A stretch of DNA of 63,957 bases, the filler included, from Atractiella rhizophila (lineage: Eukaryota): NCBI GenBank assembly GCA_021432655.1. It is 12 parts of 9 records of this genome, joined end to end, with 100 filler letters (N's around TTAATTAATTAA, not from the genome) between each part and the next. Parts side by side here need not be neighbours in the genome. Positions count along the whole stretch, not along the records: positions 19,434 to 29,004 come from MU272108.1; positions 29,105 to 31,169 come from MU272110.1; positions 31,270 to 36,668 come from MU272110.1; 9 more parts are not named here. The stretch is one strand, 5' to 3'. Shown piece after piece: positions 24,186 through 35,028 of this stretch. The translations under genes and the position numbers were made by a program. The notes under the pieces are model-generated. The model searched no databases, was not told the origin of the DNA, and saw only the letters and a program-made list of their open reading frames with translations. The stretch's first letter is position 1, and each line of letters starts with the position of its first letter.

Positions 24186-25598
24186 TTGAAGCTAGAGACA
24201 GTTCGACCTCCCCAAACCTGTGTAATTGCCCGACTGCCAAATGAGCTACTTTTCCAGATATTTTACCTTTCCTCACCTCATGTCTCCAGCGTCAAGGATC
24301 TAAATCAAGAATTTATTGCATATTTTTGCATTTTTCGACAGATATGCTTTGCGTTCAGCAAAATCGCACTCTATGCCCTTCGAGAATACAGCAGTCGTTT
24401 TGCTGACCTCTTTCCATCCTATGCTCTGAACGTCACTTACCTCCGGAACATGGCAGTGAAATATTGGTTTATGCAATGGAAGAAGGACGAGTGGTTGAAT
24501 TTAGGTCTTCCCCTTCCACCATCCAGGAGGTCTTGGTCCGATTTACTGCGAGCCATTGAGAGTCATCCTGGCCGTACTAAGGTGCAAATCCACAATCTTC
24601 CATGGAGCGATGTTGACCTGAAGCATATGTTGGAATCTACTCCTTCTTACAAGCTTGGATCTTTGAAACTTTTCTTTAGAAAACGGCAAGCTGAGCTATC
24701 TCTGCAGGAAATACTCCATGTCCTAATGCGTAAAGTTGAATGCAACACCATAACTGGCTTGATTCCTTCGCCAGCACAGCATTTCTCAAGGGCTCAAAAG
24801 TCTCTTGTGCCTAGCGAGAGCCTCGCCTTGCTTCGGTGTTGCCTTTGTGACGATGACCTCTATCGCTTCAGATCAGGACAACTGCTGTCAAATTTCAGAT
24901 ATGTCAAGACATTGAGGTTTAGCTCATTTCATCACCTGGTTTCGCCTGATGGCTTTCTTCACATTTTGAGAACCTTCGATCCCCTTCACCTTTGTTGTGC
25001 TTTTCAGGAGTTCTTGGATAAAGACGGCAACAACGTGTCTCACCTGCGAAGACATTTCGACCTTGAATTGCTTGACACGCTCTCCAATCGATTCAAAGGT
25101 ACGCTTTACCTTGACGGGGGAAGAGAGAATTCGAATCTTATCTCTGATCAATTCCTGAGGGCCAAAGCGCAATGGCACAACTTGTCAGAGCTTGTTTTAC
25201 TTTACTGCGACTTTCCAGCCAGCTCAATCTGCCAGTTCCTACATACATCCACACAGGGCAACTGGCTAAATAAATGCTTGATCGTGCAGCTGAAGTCATT
25301 CTTTGGAGACTGTGACTTTTCTATGTCATGGTTCTGCAAAGCCCTCGGGACGTTCGAAACGTCGCTGGAAATATCTTCCATCGAATCGTTCAACCAGAGG
25401 TATGGAAAGACTTCCAGGTATCGGCTTCAGTATGATCCTTCTAGATCAGGCGCAGTATTCAACATTACCTGCAGGCGGAGCGGGTGGAATGGTTTCTTGG
25501 TCGACCTTTGGATCATTGACCAAGACGATGCCCCGGGAAATGAGGACTCTCTCTTCTTTTGGGAGAATTTCGAAGCCAATAACATCGGGAAGCATTAA
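24186..25598 (+). CDS. F-box-like / LRR-like hypothetical protein, single long exon
   Basis: 470-codon ORF with IARLPNELLFQIF near the N-terminus and LxxLxL-like repeats. The true start codon is uncertain. Confidence 0.65.
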   Translation: MKLETVRPPQTCVIARLPNELLFQIFYLSSPHVSSVKDLNQEFIAYFCIFRQICFAFSKIALYALREYSSRFADLFPSYALNVTYLRNMAVKYWFMQWKKDEWLNLGLPLPPSRRSWSDLLRAIESHPGRTKVQIHNLPWSDVDLKHMLESTPSYKLGSLKLFFRKRQAELSLQEILHVLMRKVECNTITGLIPSPAQHFSRAQKSLVPSESLALLRCCLCDDDLYRFRSGQLLSNFRYVKTLRFSSFHHLVSPDGFLHILRTFDPLHLCCAFQEFLDKDGNNVSHLRRHFDLELLDTLSNRFKGTLYLDGGRENSNLISDQFLRAKAQWHNLSELVLLYCDFPASSICQFLHTSTQGNWLNKCLIVQLKSFFGDCDFSMSWFCKALGTFETSLEISSIESFNQRYGKTSRYRLQYDPSRSGAVFNITCRRSGWNGFLVDLWIIDQDDAPGNEDSLFFWENFEANNIGKH

Positions 25599-26792
25599 AT
25601 TTGCTTCCCATTGTCGAAATATCTCATGCCATGGAATAACGACGCGGGATGATCGACTTATAACTACCATTTTTAGTTCATTCGCTTAGTCTGGAGTAAA
25701 TAGATGAGCACTGTACTTCATGAGCACAAATGCGTTGAAAACCGCTGAAGTTCATGTTGAGAGACACTCATGCATGGTAAACAACCAATTCAATGCTCAG
25801 AACGTTCCCCAGACTGGGAAGCAGTGAGGATCTTCCAGGGAGTGAGAAACTGATTTCTTACCGCCTTGCACTAAGGGTCCCCAATCACTTATCAGTGAGT
25901 GCAAGCGATACAAATAATGTTATGTGATTGGGGAAAAGAAAGAGAAGGAAAACACATCAAGCCATACTTATAAGTCCGGGTTAGCGGTGAAGTGCACATG
26001 TTTGGTACGGCATCCGGAACGCGAGGCAAACGAACCAAACAGATGACATCCGATCTCCAACACAGGGCGATTTCGACCTTCTTTATGCGTAGATTTCTCG
26101 TAGAAACGTCTAAGTAGCTAGCGCTCTTTAACAAATGTTTACGGAGGGTCGCTACAGTGCCACTGAGGAAGCAGTAAAGAAGGGGAGTCAAGGGTAAGAT
26201 CGACGAACATCAACTTGCTTAACTGGAAAGAGACAAGCAGGAGACCAGTAGATGGAGAGGAAAGGTAATGATTGAAGTGTAAATGTCATAGGTGGATTTC
26301 ATTGCTAGCTAGCTATTGTGATCAGTAACATTGCAGCCTTTGGTATGTTGAACTGAACACAGCTATGAACGACATCATTGTTTATAACGGCCAAATCCCG
26401 ATACCTCTCCAAGTGCCGTCCAGTTAGTTAGCCAGAAATGGACCATCTCTTCCTCGTCAGTCAATGACCACGTCGAAACATTGGCTTTCAGCTTTGCAAC
26501 GGCCTGAGTCTTGTTTTCAAAATTCGTGTATCGGCTCCCAAATGAGAAGAGAACATGTTCTTTCTGCCCTTCACAATGAATACTCTTCCGCCAAACTTGA
26601 GGATTGTGGGCCAGTAAACAACTTTGGTACAGATTTCTCTGAGAGGAACTCGAAAGCACGCGCCGAATTATATCCAGAATGAGAGATTCTCGTTACTCCA
26701 TATGGCCATATCATATCCAAGCTAATACATATCAAATCACACATAATGCTCAGCTCACATCACATCTCCGCCCTGAAGTGTCCCACCATCAA

Positions 26793-28125
26793 TCACATCG
26801 CCTCACCCTCCACCTCTTCTCTCAAAGACGATCCATGCTTCTCTCCCCACACCCTCGCAGCCGGGCTCCTATATTCCCACTCGTTCAAACCCAAACCCAA
26901 GAACTCCGCCGCTCGCTGGCTTTTCGGCGTCATCATCACTCCGTTCATGCTTGGGGGTTGATACGCATGCTGTTGTTGTACAGGGTGAGGGGGAGAAGAC
27001 GTGCGGAAGTGTTGGAGGGCGGTCGTGGTTGAATAGACGATGAGGCCAGCCATGAGCAGAATAAAGACCTAATCCAGCACGTTCCTCCCTTCAAAAATGT
27101 CGTCACAGCCAATAAGAACATACAAAGCTTTTCCACGACACTGTGTCCACGAACCCATTCACTGTCTCACCCACAACCATCGCCAACAATCTCGCTGTCC
27201 CCACCGCTTCCGGATCCTGGTGCATGCACCTTTCCCAAACTCTACAAGCGTCCTCAAGCGCAGGGACTCTCGTTTCGGGGCTACAACGGTTGAGAGTGTA
27301 AGATTGGGAGCAAGCGAAGATTTCAGAACGTTGTGCGAGGGTGGAGGAGGATAATCGGGCTGAGAGGTCGGAGCGGAGGGTGCGAAGGAGGAGGAAGAGG
27401 AGGTAAAGGACAAGAGTGAAGGTGGTGAGGAGGAAGGTGGCGTGGAGGTAGGTGGAGAGATGGGCCGGTGCGAAGGAGGATGAATTGCTCGCGTGTGGGT
27501 GGGGTTGGTATGGGTGTGGATAGGGAGAATGGTGGTTGTGGATCGTAAGATAATTTTGTTGTTTGCGCGGTCCACCAAACTGCACCGGTTGCCTCCAATG
27601 ACGATGCATCAGATAAGAAAGGAACACGACGCACCACGTAAGGCTGGGTCTCACCACCTGCCTTTGCCTTCTTCTTCTGTCTCTTTCTCACGACTGCATT
27701 CGACGCGATCGCTCTCTCAGCAACTCCGTCGTTCTCCTCTTCTTTCTCCTTCCCATTTTCCTTTTCGGCGAGTGAAGTAGTAGGACCTGCAGATTGCATC
27801 GACACGTCTGCTATCTCGTCCTCTTGCGCGACAGCCTGAGATTGGGATTCGTGAGACCCAAACGAAAACGTCAGCGTCCAATCCATCGCCTCTTCCTCCA
27901 AGTGCGGTCCTACAATGTGCATCGTTACAGCCATACTGTAAAAAGAGAAAAGAGCGTACGCTTCAAGGGCCTCTCTTCTACACGACTCCCTGCCTGCTGC
28001 TGAGAATATGCCAAAAAGGGATTGTTGCCAAGACGCAAGTTGGGGAACTCGAACTTGACGTCGTCCATGGGCGCTTCGGCGGAGCGAGAAGAGCGTTTTG
28101 GAGGGGGAGAGAAGGGCAGGCTCAT
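26793..28125 (-). CDS. BRR6: Brr6/Brl1-family nuclear envelope protein
   Basis: Two TM segments flank a four-Cys luminal domain, EIFACSQSYTLNRCSPETRVPALEDACRVWERCM..DP; spliced. Confidence 0.85.
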
Positions 28126-28313
28126 GGTCTCTGCTGGCAGAAAAGTAATAACAAATAACAAACAGGGAATATTGGCTGGTAGATGTTGGTGGTAGAAGTT
28201 GAACTTGCTGAGGAGAGTTGATGATGGCCTTCGTGGCTTTAAATTTTCAACAACCACTCCATCTTTCCCTGTTAGTACTGCCATAGTCCCACTTCCCACC
28301 CAGCAGCAGCACC

Positions 28314-29004
28314 ATGTCATTCTTCCGCACAGTCAGCGACTCCGAAAGCGAGACAGAGTCCGAGGAAGAACTTCTCTACGACTCCGATGGCCAAGAGCGC
28401 GAGCTGAAGTTCGTCAAGGGGGGCGGATCAGATGAGGAGTCAGAGGAGGAGTCAGAGGAAGAGGAGGAGTCAGACGAGGAAGAGGAAGGGGAGAAGGATG
28501 CCGATAAGCCTCTGAGGTCGAGGAAGTTCTTAGCTGGCGCAAGCGACAGCGAGGACGATGAGAGCGAAGACGAGAGGAAGAGGACGGTCAAGTCTGCGAA
28601 GGATAAGAGGACGGAGGAGATGGAGGGAAGGGTGAAAGGGATACAGAATGCGATCAATATCAATGACTGGACAGTAGTTTCTGATGGTTCGTCCGCATAT
28701 TCTATCATTTGGATTGTGCTCATTTTCATGGACTGGCTCGTTGTTTGCGATGGTAGAATTCGACAAACTCACTCGTCTTGTCACCAAACAAACCACGCTC
28801 TCCATCGTTGCCATCCCTTCAATCTACCTTCAACTCCTCCTTGACTTGGACACCTCCATATCCGAAGCAGGCTCGGCAGCCAACAAGAAGAAGATGAACG
28901 CCACGAACGCCAGAGGGCTCAATACCATGAAACAAAAGGTCAAGAAGGCACAGAAAGAACACGAAGCTGTCCTCCTTGTTTACAAACAGGTTCATAGTTC
29001 CTTA
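28314..29004 (+). CDS. NIP1: Translation initiation factor eIF3 subunit c, N-terminal part
   Basis: MSFF plus an acidic tract, VKSAKDKR, AININDW...|EFDKL and KKKMNATNARGLNTMKQKVKK. Confidence 0.93.
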
Positions 29005-29104
29005 NNNNNNNNNNNNNNNNNNNNNNNNNNNNNNNNNNNNNNNNNNNNTTAATTAATTAANNNNNNNNNNNNNNNNNNNNNNNNNNNNNNNNNNNNNNNN
29101 NNNN

Positions 29105-30161
29105 AGACAGACTCTCAAAACGCACCCATCTCATCCCCACCCATTCGACGATGGATGCAGAAGGCCTTGCAAGACTTTTTCGCGATCATGTATGGAAGTT
29201 ACATGGACTTTTCGATGTCGCAATTTTCGATCGAGGCAAAGAATTCGTGTCCAAATTCACAACTGCACTTTTTCGCATATTAGGTATCAAAGGTTCACCA
29301 TCGACAGCCTATCACCCGCAGACTGATGGTCAGACTGAACGTATGAACCAAGAAGTTGAACAATATTTGCGCATTTTCTGCAACCACCTTCAGGACAATT
29401 GGGCAGAAGGACTCCCCAACGCAGAATTTGCGCTCAACAATCGCGTCAGTTCGGCGACGGGTGTAACTCCATTTTCGCTCGACTGTGGTCAACATCCCCG
29501 CATGGCTTTTGAACCCATCTCCGACGAGGACGTTCCCGCGGCGGCGCATTTCGTCGAACAGATGCAAATCGCCGACCGGGAAGCACAAGCGGCACTTGAG
29601 CAAGCAGCAGATCTCATGGCAAAACATTATGACAGAAAACGCGCACCGGCGCCCGAATATCATGTCGGCGATTTCGTCTGGTTGAGCGCGAAAAACATCA
29701 AATCGACGAGACCTGTCAAAAAGTTGGACGACAAATGGCATGGCCCTTTTCGCATTTTGCAAGTTTTGGGTCCCCTCAACCTTAAACTCGAGTTGCCATC
29801 CTCATGGAAGATACATCCAGTGTTCCACGTCGGCCTAATACGAAAAGTCAACGAAGACGACATCCCTGGCAGAGTTCAGCTGCCCAAACCACCTCCAGAA
29901 TTGGTGAATGGAATTAAAGAATGGGAAGTAGAAAAAATTGTTGATGGGAAATGGTTCGGTACCCGAAATAGAGTTTTCAAATATCGCGTTCGATACAAAG
30001 GGTATTCACCATCTGAAGACGAGTGGATCAACATCACAGATCTAGAAAATTCCCAGGATGCTATAAAAGACTATCACACTGCACACCCTCTCGCAGTTCG
30101 TCCCGATTCCATACCGAACTCCGCAACAAATCGCCCAAATGCGCGTTTTCGTAACCTTTGA
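29105..30161 (+). mobile_element. Ty3/Gypsy chromovirus pol C-terminus (integrase core, GPF motif, chromodomain)
   Basis: LHGL...DRG..F, STAYHPQTDGQTERMNQ, KLDDKWHGPF, IHPVFHV and EWEVEKIVD..Y.VRYKGYSPSEDEW; the frame is uninterrupted. Confidence 0.96.
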
Positions 30162-30183
30162 CGAAAACGGGCTGAAGGGTCTT

Positions 30184-30312
30184 CCTCACTTTAAGGGGCC
30201 CAACACCCCTATATGCCTTGCCGGGTGAAATCCTAGTCTTTGATACGTAGGTCAAGGCAAGGCGCCGACTTGTTCCTCAACGGACAAGTCGGCGACTTGG
30301 TCGTTAGTGAGT
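30184..30312 (+). ncRNA. Candidate structured RNA module, copy 1
   Basis: Multi-stem fold with compensatory changes relative to copy 2 (see findings). Confidence 0.6.
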
Positions 30313-30410
30313 CCATTCGTCGCCCGTCAAAGACGAATGCTCATTGCGTTCTCGCACCATCGCCAATGTCGCATTTATGAAAATTGTCCTCAATCGCGAG
30401 GTCCCCTCCC

Positions 30411-30543
30411 CCTCACTTTAAGAGGACCTACTCCTCTACACGCCTCGCTGGGTGAATCCCTAGTCACATTGTTGAACATAGGTCTAGGCGAGGCGCCGGT
30501 CTGTTCCTCAACGGACAGATCGGCGACCGGTTTGTCGGTGAGT
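30411..30543 (+). ncRNA. Candidate structured RNA module, copy 2
   Basis: Same fold as copy 1; G-U wobble pairs favour the + strand. Confidence 0.6.
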
Positions 30544-31296
30544 TACTCGCCCCATTTTCACAAACGGTTGCTTACTGCACCAAAAAGAATACCGGCCAAA
30601 CTTCAAAAATCCCTCAATTGCGAGGTACACAACGGCTTCCCCCTCATCCTACACTCTGTTCTGGTTTTGATGATTATTGTCTCCTATTTTTGCTTTTACC
30701 TTTGCTTCCCCATGCTTGATTGCTCGACAACACATTCTTCCACAAAGAAGGCAGACCGGCGACGAGCACACAAATCGCCGACCCGTTATACTGCGCGTTG
30801 TGTCCACGAGCGCGTGGCCCAGGCCTGTTTGGTTGCGAGCTCCAAAATAAGCTTGGGTAGCTAGTGGGAGGAACGCCTGAGAGTCCTCCCCTAGACAGGG
30901 GAGTGTGAGTCCTGCATCACCCTCTTCGCCATTGTTCTCCCCACTCACTACAATCCTTTTTGCCACTACGACAAATTTACATCTGTCGCCGCCCGGCAAT
31001 TCGCCGCTAATACGGAGACGCAAAACTTTCAGAGATCAAAATCACCACTCTGGACTGACTCCTCACTATCGCTGCTGCTTGAAGAAGAAACGGAATATGC
31101 ATCATAATTGGAATTATCATAGGCCTCCTGGGCCAACGAAGGGTTTAAGTCGCCCTGTCGAAACTCAATNNNNNNNNNNNNNNNNNNNNNNNNNNNNNNN
31201 NNNNNNNNNNNNNTTAATTAATTAANNNNNNNNNNNNNNNNNNNNNNNNNNNNNNNNNNNNNNNNNNNNTACACTAGTCAGAAATTTGGGGGGTGT

Positions 31297-31786
31297 TGTC
31301 AGGCTTGCCCCTACGCATTACCGAAATGTACCATTCGGAGTCACGTGACCTACTTCAGTACATCGTAGGATCAAGTGCCTACACGTCGCCGCTTTGCGCA
31401 CGTTCGCGCTGACCGCCGCCTTCTCCCATCTCACTCGAATCGCCGCTCAGCAAACCTTATACATTTCGCCGGTCTGCACCGTCGCCATTATTGCCATGTT
31501 ATCTTTTCTCACTTGTACTGCTCAGTATATCTTATTTCCGAGTATTCCCTTTATTGCTTTCCTGATCTAGCTATCTTACATGTTTCAAGAAACTTATGTT
31601 ACAGTTTATGGCAGTGCCTTGGCATATGTATATATACATCGAGACGTAGTGGTGGTGACCTCAGAGTATTCTCTTAGCTTTACCTCCACTACAGGTTAGT
31701 CTTCTCATGCTATACGATTCACTTAGGTTTACCTCCACTACAGACGCATCGTCTATCGGCGACCGCACATAGTGTCAGCCCTAACA
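31297..31786 (+). repeat. 3' LTR (Gypsy-type) preceded by a G-rich PPT
   Basis: GGGGGG tract at 31288-31293, imperfect inverted ends TGTCAGGCT...AGCCCTAACA, and TATATATA at ~31629. Confidence 0.8.
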
Positions 31787-32479
31787 ATCGCCTAAAGAGC
31801 TTGATATCCTCCCTCACCTTGTGGGGAGATGTAAGAGCCCATCATGAGGATTTGAACCCTCAGAGGTAGCAACCTCTGCCTTGCAAGTCAATCTGCCTGA
31901 CTGAGGAGAAAGATCCTCATGATGGGAGCTTGCTGAGCGGCTGGCAACCACCTACACGGTTACGTCCCGACAAACCAAGATAGGAAAGGGAGCCGTCCTC
32001 ATGCAGCTGGATCTCAGAGGCAAATCCATCACACAGAAGCTGATGGCTCGAAGGTAGCAACCTCTGCCTCACAAGTCAATCTACCGCTCGAGTTGTGAGC
32101 AGAGTCTGATGGAAAGCCCCCATATGCTCGTCAGCACCTCCTCTGCGTGGTTACGTCTTGACAAACCAAGATATGACAAAGGCAGACGAGTATGAAAAGA
32201 GTATCCTGACCCCAAAGAAGACTTTGAGGATCAAGACGCCCTTGTGGTGCTCAAAACTGTGAAGACATGATACGACCCACATCGATGCAAACCTCAAGCT
32301 CATAATCAATCCCTTGAACTTTGATGCAAGACTAGACATGTACACATGAAAGGCGGCCGTCAGAACACTTCTGAGACGTTATGAGGCGGCCCTCGCCCCA
32401 AAGAAAAGTCGAAGGAATCAATAGAACTCAGCCTCTCATGGTGCAATGACAATACTGAGATGAATCGAATGAATCATAT

Positions 32480-34153
32480 TTATTTCTTAGCCTCCAACTC
32501 TATGAACTGACCCCAAGGTACCTTGTGGGGCAATACTGAGTGCCTTTTGCAAAGGTCAATAGCCTCCTTCTCCAGATCATGATCTGCAGAATCATCATAC
32601 TGCCATCCCTCCTTCTCCCTCCTCCTGATGATCGCTCGGAACTGTCTAGGCGATAAACGACAGTATATCTCTCTATAAACATGGATTAGGCGAAAAATAT
32701 GAAAGGAAATAGGATAGAGAATGAACCTATTGGGACCACAGCAGTCAAGAAAAAGTTCTTGGACCGTGCCCACACCATGGGATCGCCATAAGTGGTCCTA
32801 AGACTGCCCCTGGTGCCTTGACGCTGATACCAGGCCACATGATAGGGTTCATAGCGCCTCCTACATCCAAAAATGAGTAAAAAATGGCGCTAATGTGAGA
32901 CAGGAATCGAGAGAAACTCACCTCTTCTCCCCTGGATGAAGCAGAACGGGGAACTGTCCATCCATAAAGCGCACTGCAGAATTGACGATATATGAATTCA
33001 TGAGGGTGGAGAATTCATCACTGATGGGATCATAAGAGAGAACCAAGGGGATGTTCTCATTCTCTCCCATGACCCAACGATTCACTGTGATGAAACCACA
33101 AAGATCAGAAAAAAGATAGGAAGGTACACAAGCAAAGAACATACCTGCTCTTGGAAAAACATTGTGACAGAGATCATTGCCATTGAAACCGATCTTAAAA
33201 GCTTCCAAGCCATAACAATCCATGAGATCTAAAAGGATAACCAGTACTTAACAGAAGAAAGGTGTAAAGATTTGAAAAGAACACCCACCTTTCATTGATA
33301 CCTTTCCCATGACCAGAGGATCCAAAGAAATAGAGTATTTCTCCCTAACAGCATCAAACAAGGTATGAAGGGACGTCACATTGCTTCCAGACATGATGGA
33401 AAGTCTGCAGATTGATGGAGAAAGGCCACACAGAGCCAGAGCAGTTTATATACCCTTCTCCCCCTGCCATATGGGGGCCATCGTTTATGCAGCTTAGTAA
33501 AAGCTCCTCACAGCCTTTCAGGCTGAATTTGCGGCCACAAATCAACGCAGTGGAGCAGTGTGTACGCCCCACAAAGCAGGAGCTCCACCTATTAGCCTAA
33601 TGATCAATTAAAACCATCGCACCATCCACTCAAAGACCAGGAGCCCCGCTGATGAAATGATGCAAAAAATAGGGAACCCACAGCACTGTACCATCGAAAA
33701 TGGGCGGAATAGACGGCCTCAGGACTCTCCATGACGCTTACAAATGCAGGAGCTCCACCTGTTAGCCTAATGATCAATTAAAACCATCGCACCATCCACT
33801 CAAAGACCAGGAGCCCCGCTGATAAAATGATGCAAAAAATAGTGATCTCACAGCACTTTGCCATCGAAAAGGAATGGAATAGACGCCTCAGGACTCTCCA
33901 TGACCGCCCTGAATCATCCAGAGCATCCCCATTTAGCACAAGAAGCATATGATGCATTGCCGCTTCATCTTGAGGAACAGGGAAACGCAGGAGAGACAGC
34001 CCATAGAGGGGGTGTCAGGACCCTTTGAGCGACCAAAAAGGCGCCACAAAGACCACATTCCACCCTATTTCCTTCCACATAAGGACTCAACACTGCAATG
34101 AATAAAGAAAACACAAGAAAGAACCTCAGCCTACGCTGAAGCGCAGATAACAA
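32480..34153 (-). CDS. Hypothetical multi-exon gene or pseudogene, no recognisable family
   Basis: A chain of minus-strand ORFs separated by GT..AG intron-like segments. Confidence 0.35.
33576..33904. repeat. Tandem duplication with ~170-bp period
   Basis: 33576-33735 and 33746-33904 are near-identical. Confidence 0.9.
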
Positions 34154-35028
34154 CTCTGCATGATGCGATGGGCAATCCCCATCAATTCCTTCACTTATAA
34201 ACCACCCAGAGCGCCTCCCAAAGAGCCCTCACCATCACCAGAACTGAAAAAGCCTTAGCGAAACAGGATCTAGCCAGTCTTGTCTTCTGGTGAAACCCCT
34301 CATCTCACACCCCACTATCGCTCCTCCTCCTCTTGCTCCTAGTTATTTACTATTGGAAGTGAACATATCAAGAAGGGAGAAGCTACACTGTGAGTGTTTC
34401 GTCTTTGGTTCGCTTTGGAGTCCAATTTTGTTGGACTCTGATGGTTCTGCCCTCTCCTGTTGATGTTGGTCCCACCTTCATCCCTAACCCATGCGTTGCG
34501 GGGAAGTACGTAATTTGGTTGTGTTGCAGTGATATGGGCCATTTGTCTCGCACGTGTCCGTAAGGTTGTCACGTGATAATATGTACGGATGGGACGGGGT
34601 ACGTCACATGTTAGACGTAATAAGTTGGAGTCTCAGCTCACTGAACTGTGTGAGAGCATGAGCTCTCTCATCCACTCGGTCCCCTTGGATTCTACACTTA
34701 GTGTTAGGGTCATGTTCTGGTTCCACAGCGATTTGACCACCATCCGCTGTTGGACTAGGTCCAGCGCACAAACTGTTCTGCCTATATCATGTCATACTGA
34801 TAACAAGGAATGAATCGGAGCAAACGACAGTAACCACTTTCCCATCCACTATTGATTATTGCATTCAAGTACATCAGATCACATGTTCTCGTTGCTCTTC
34901 CAGAAAAGGAAGGTCGTGCACGCGCTCGAAAACTTTTGTTGTCGATTCTCGATCTTTCAACGAATTATTACGAATCCTGAGAAATTACTGTTAGAATTAC
35001 TGCAGCCCACACTCAACGATCTACCTTT

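Noticed and set aside
30424..30530. HDV-like ribozyme fold (GGACCUA/UAGGUCU as P1)
   Set aside because: No convincing P3/L3 or J4/2, and copy 1 breaks the P1 pairing.
30307..31023. ORFs 30307-30864(+) and 30649-31023(-) as an env-like or antisense extra gene
   Set aside because: No recognisable motifs, and the + ORF overlaps the structured repeat. Not supported without homologues.
29105..31786. Treating the Gypsy pol and the downstream PPT-LTR as one proven element
   Set aside because: Order and orientation fit, but a linker separates them, so continuity is unverified.
31901..31912. CTGAGGA-GAAA as a hammerhead ribozyme core
   Set aside because: There is no stem II between the motifs, and it is not conserved in the second unit.
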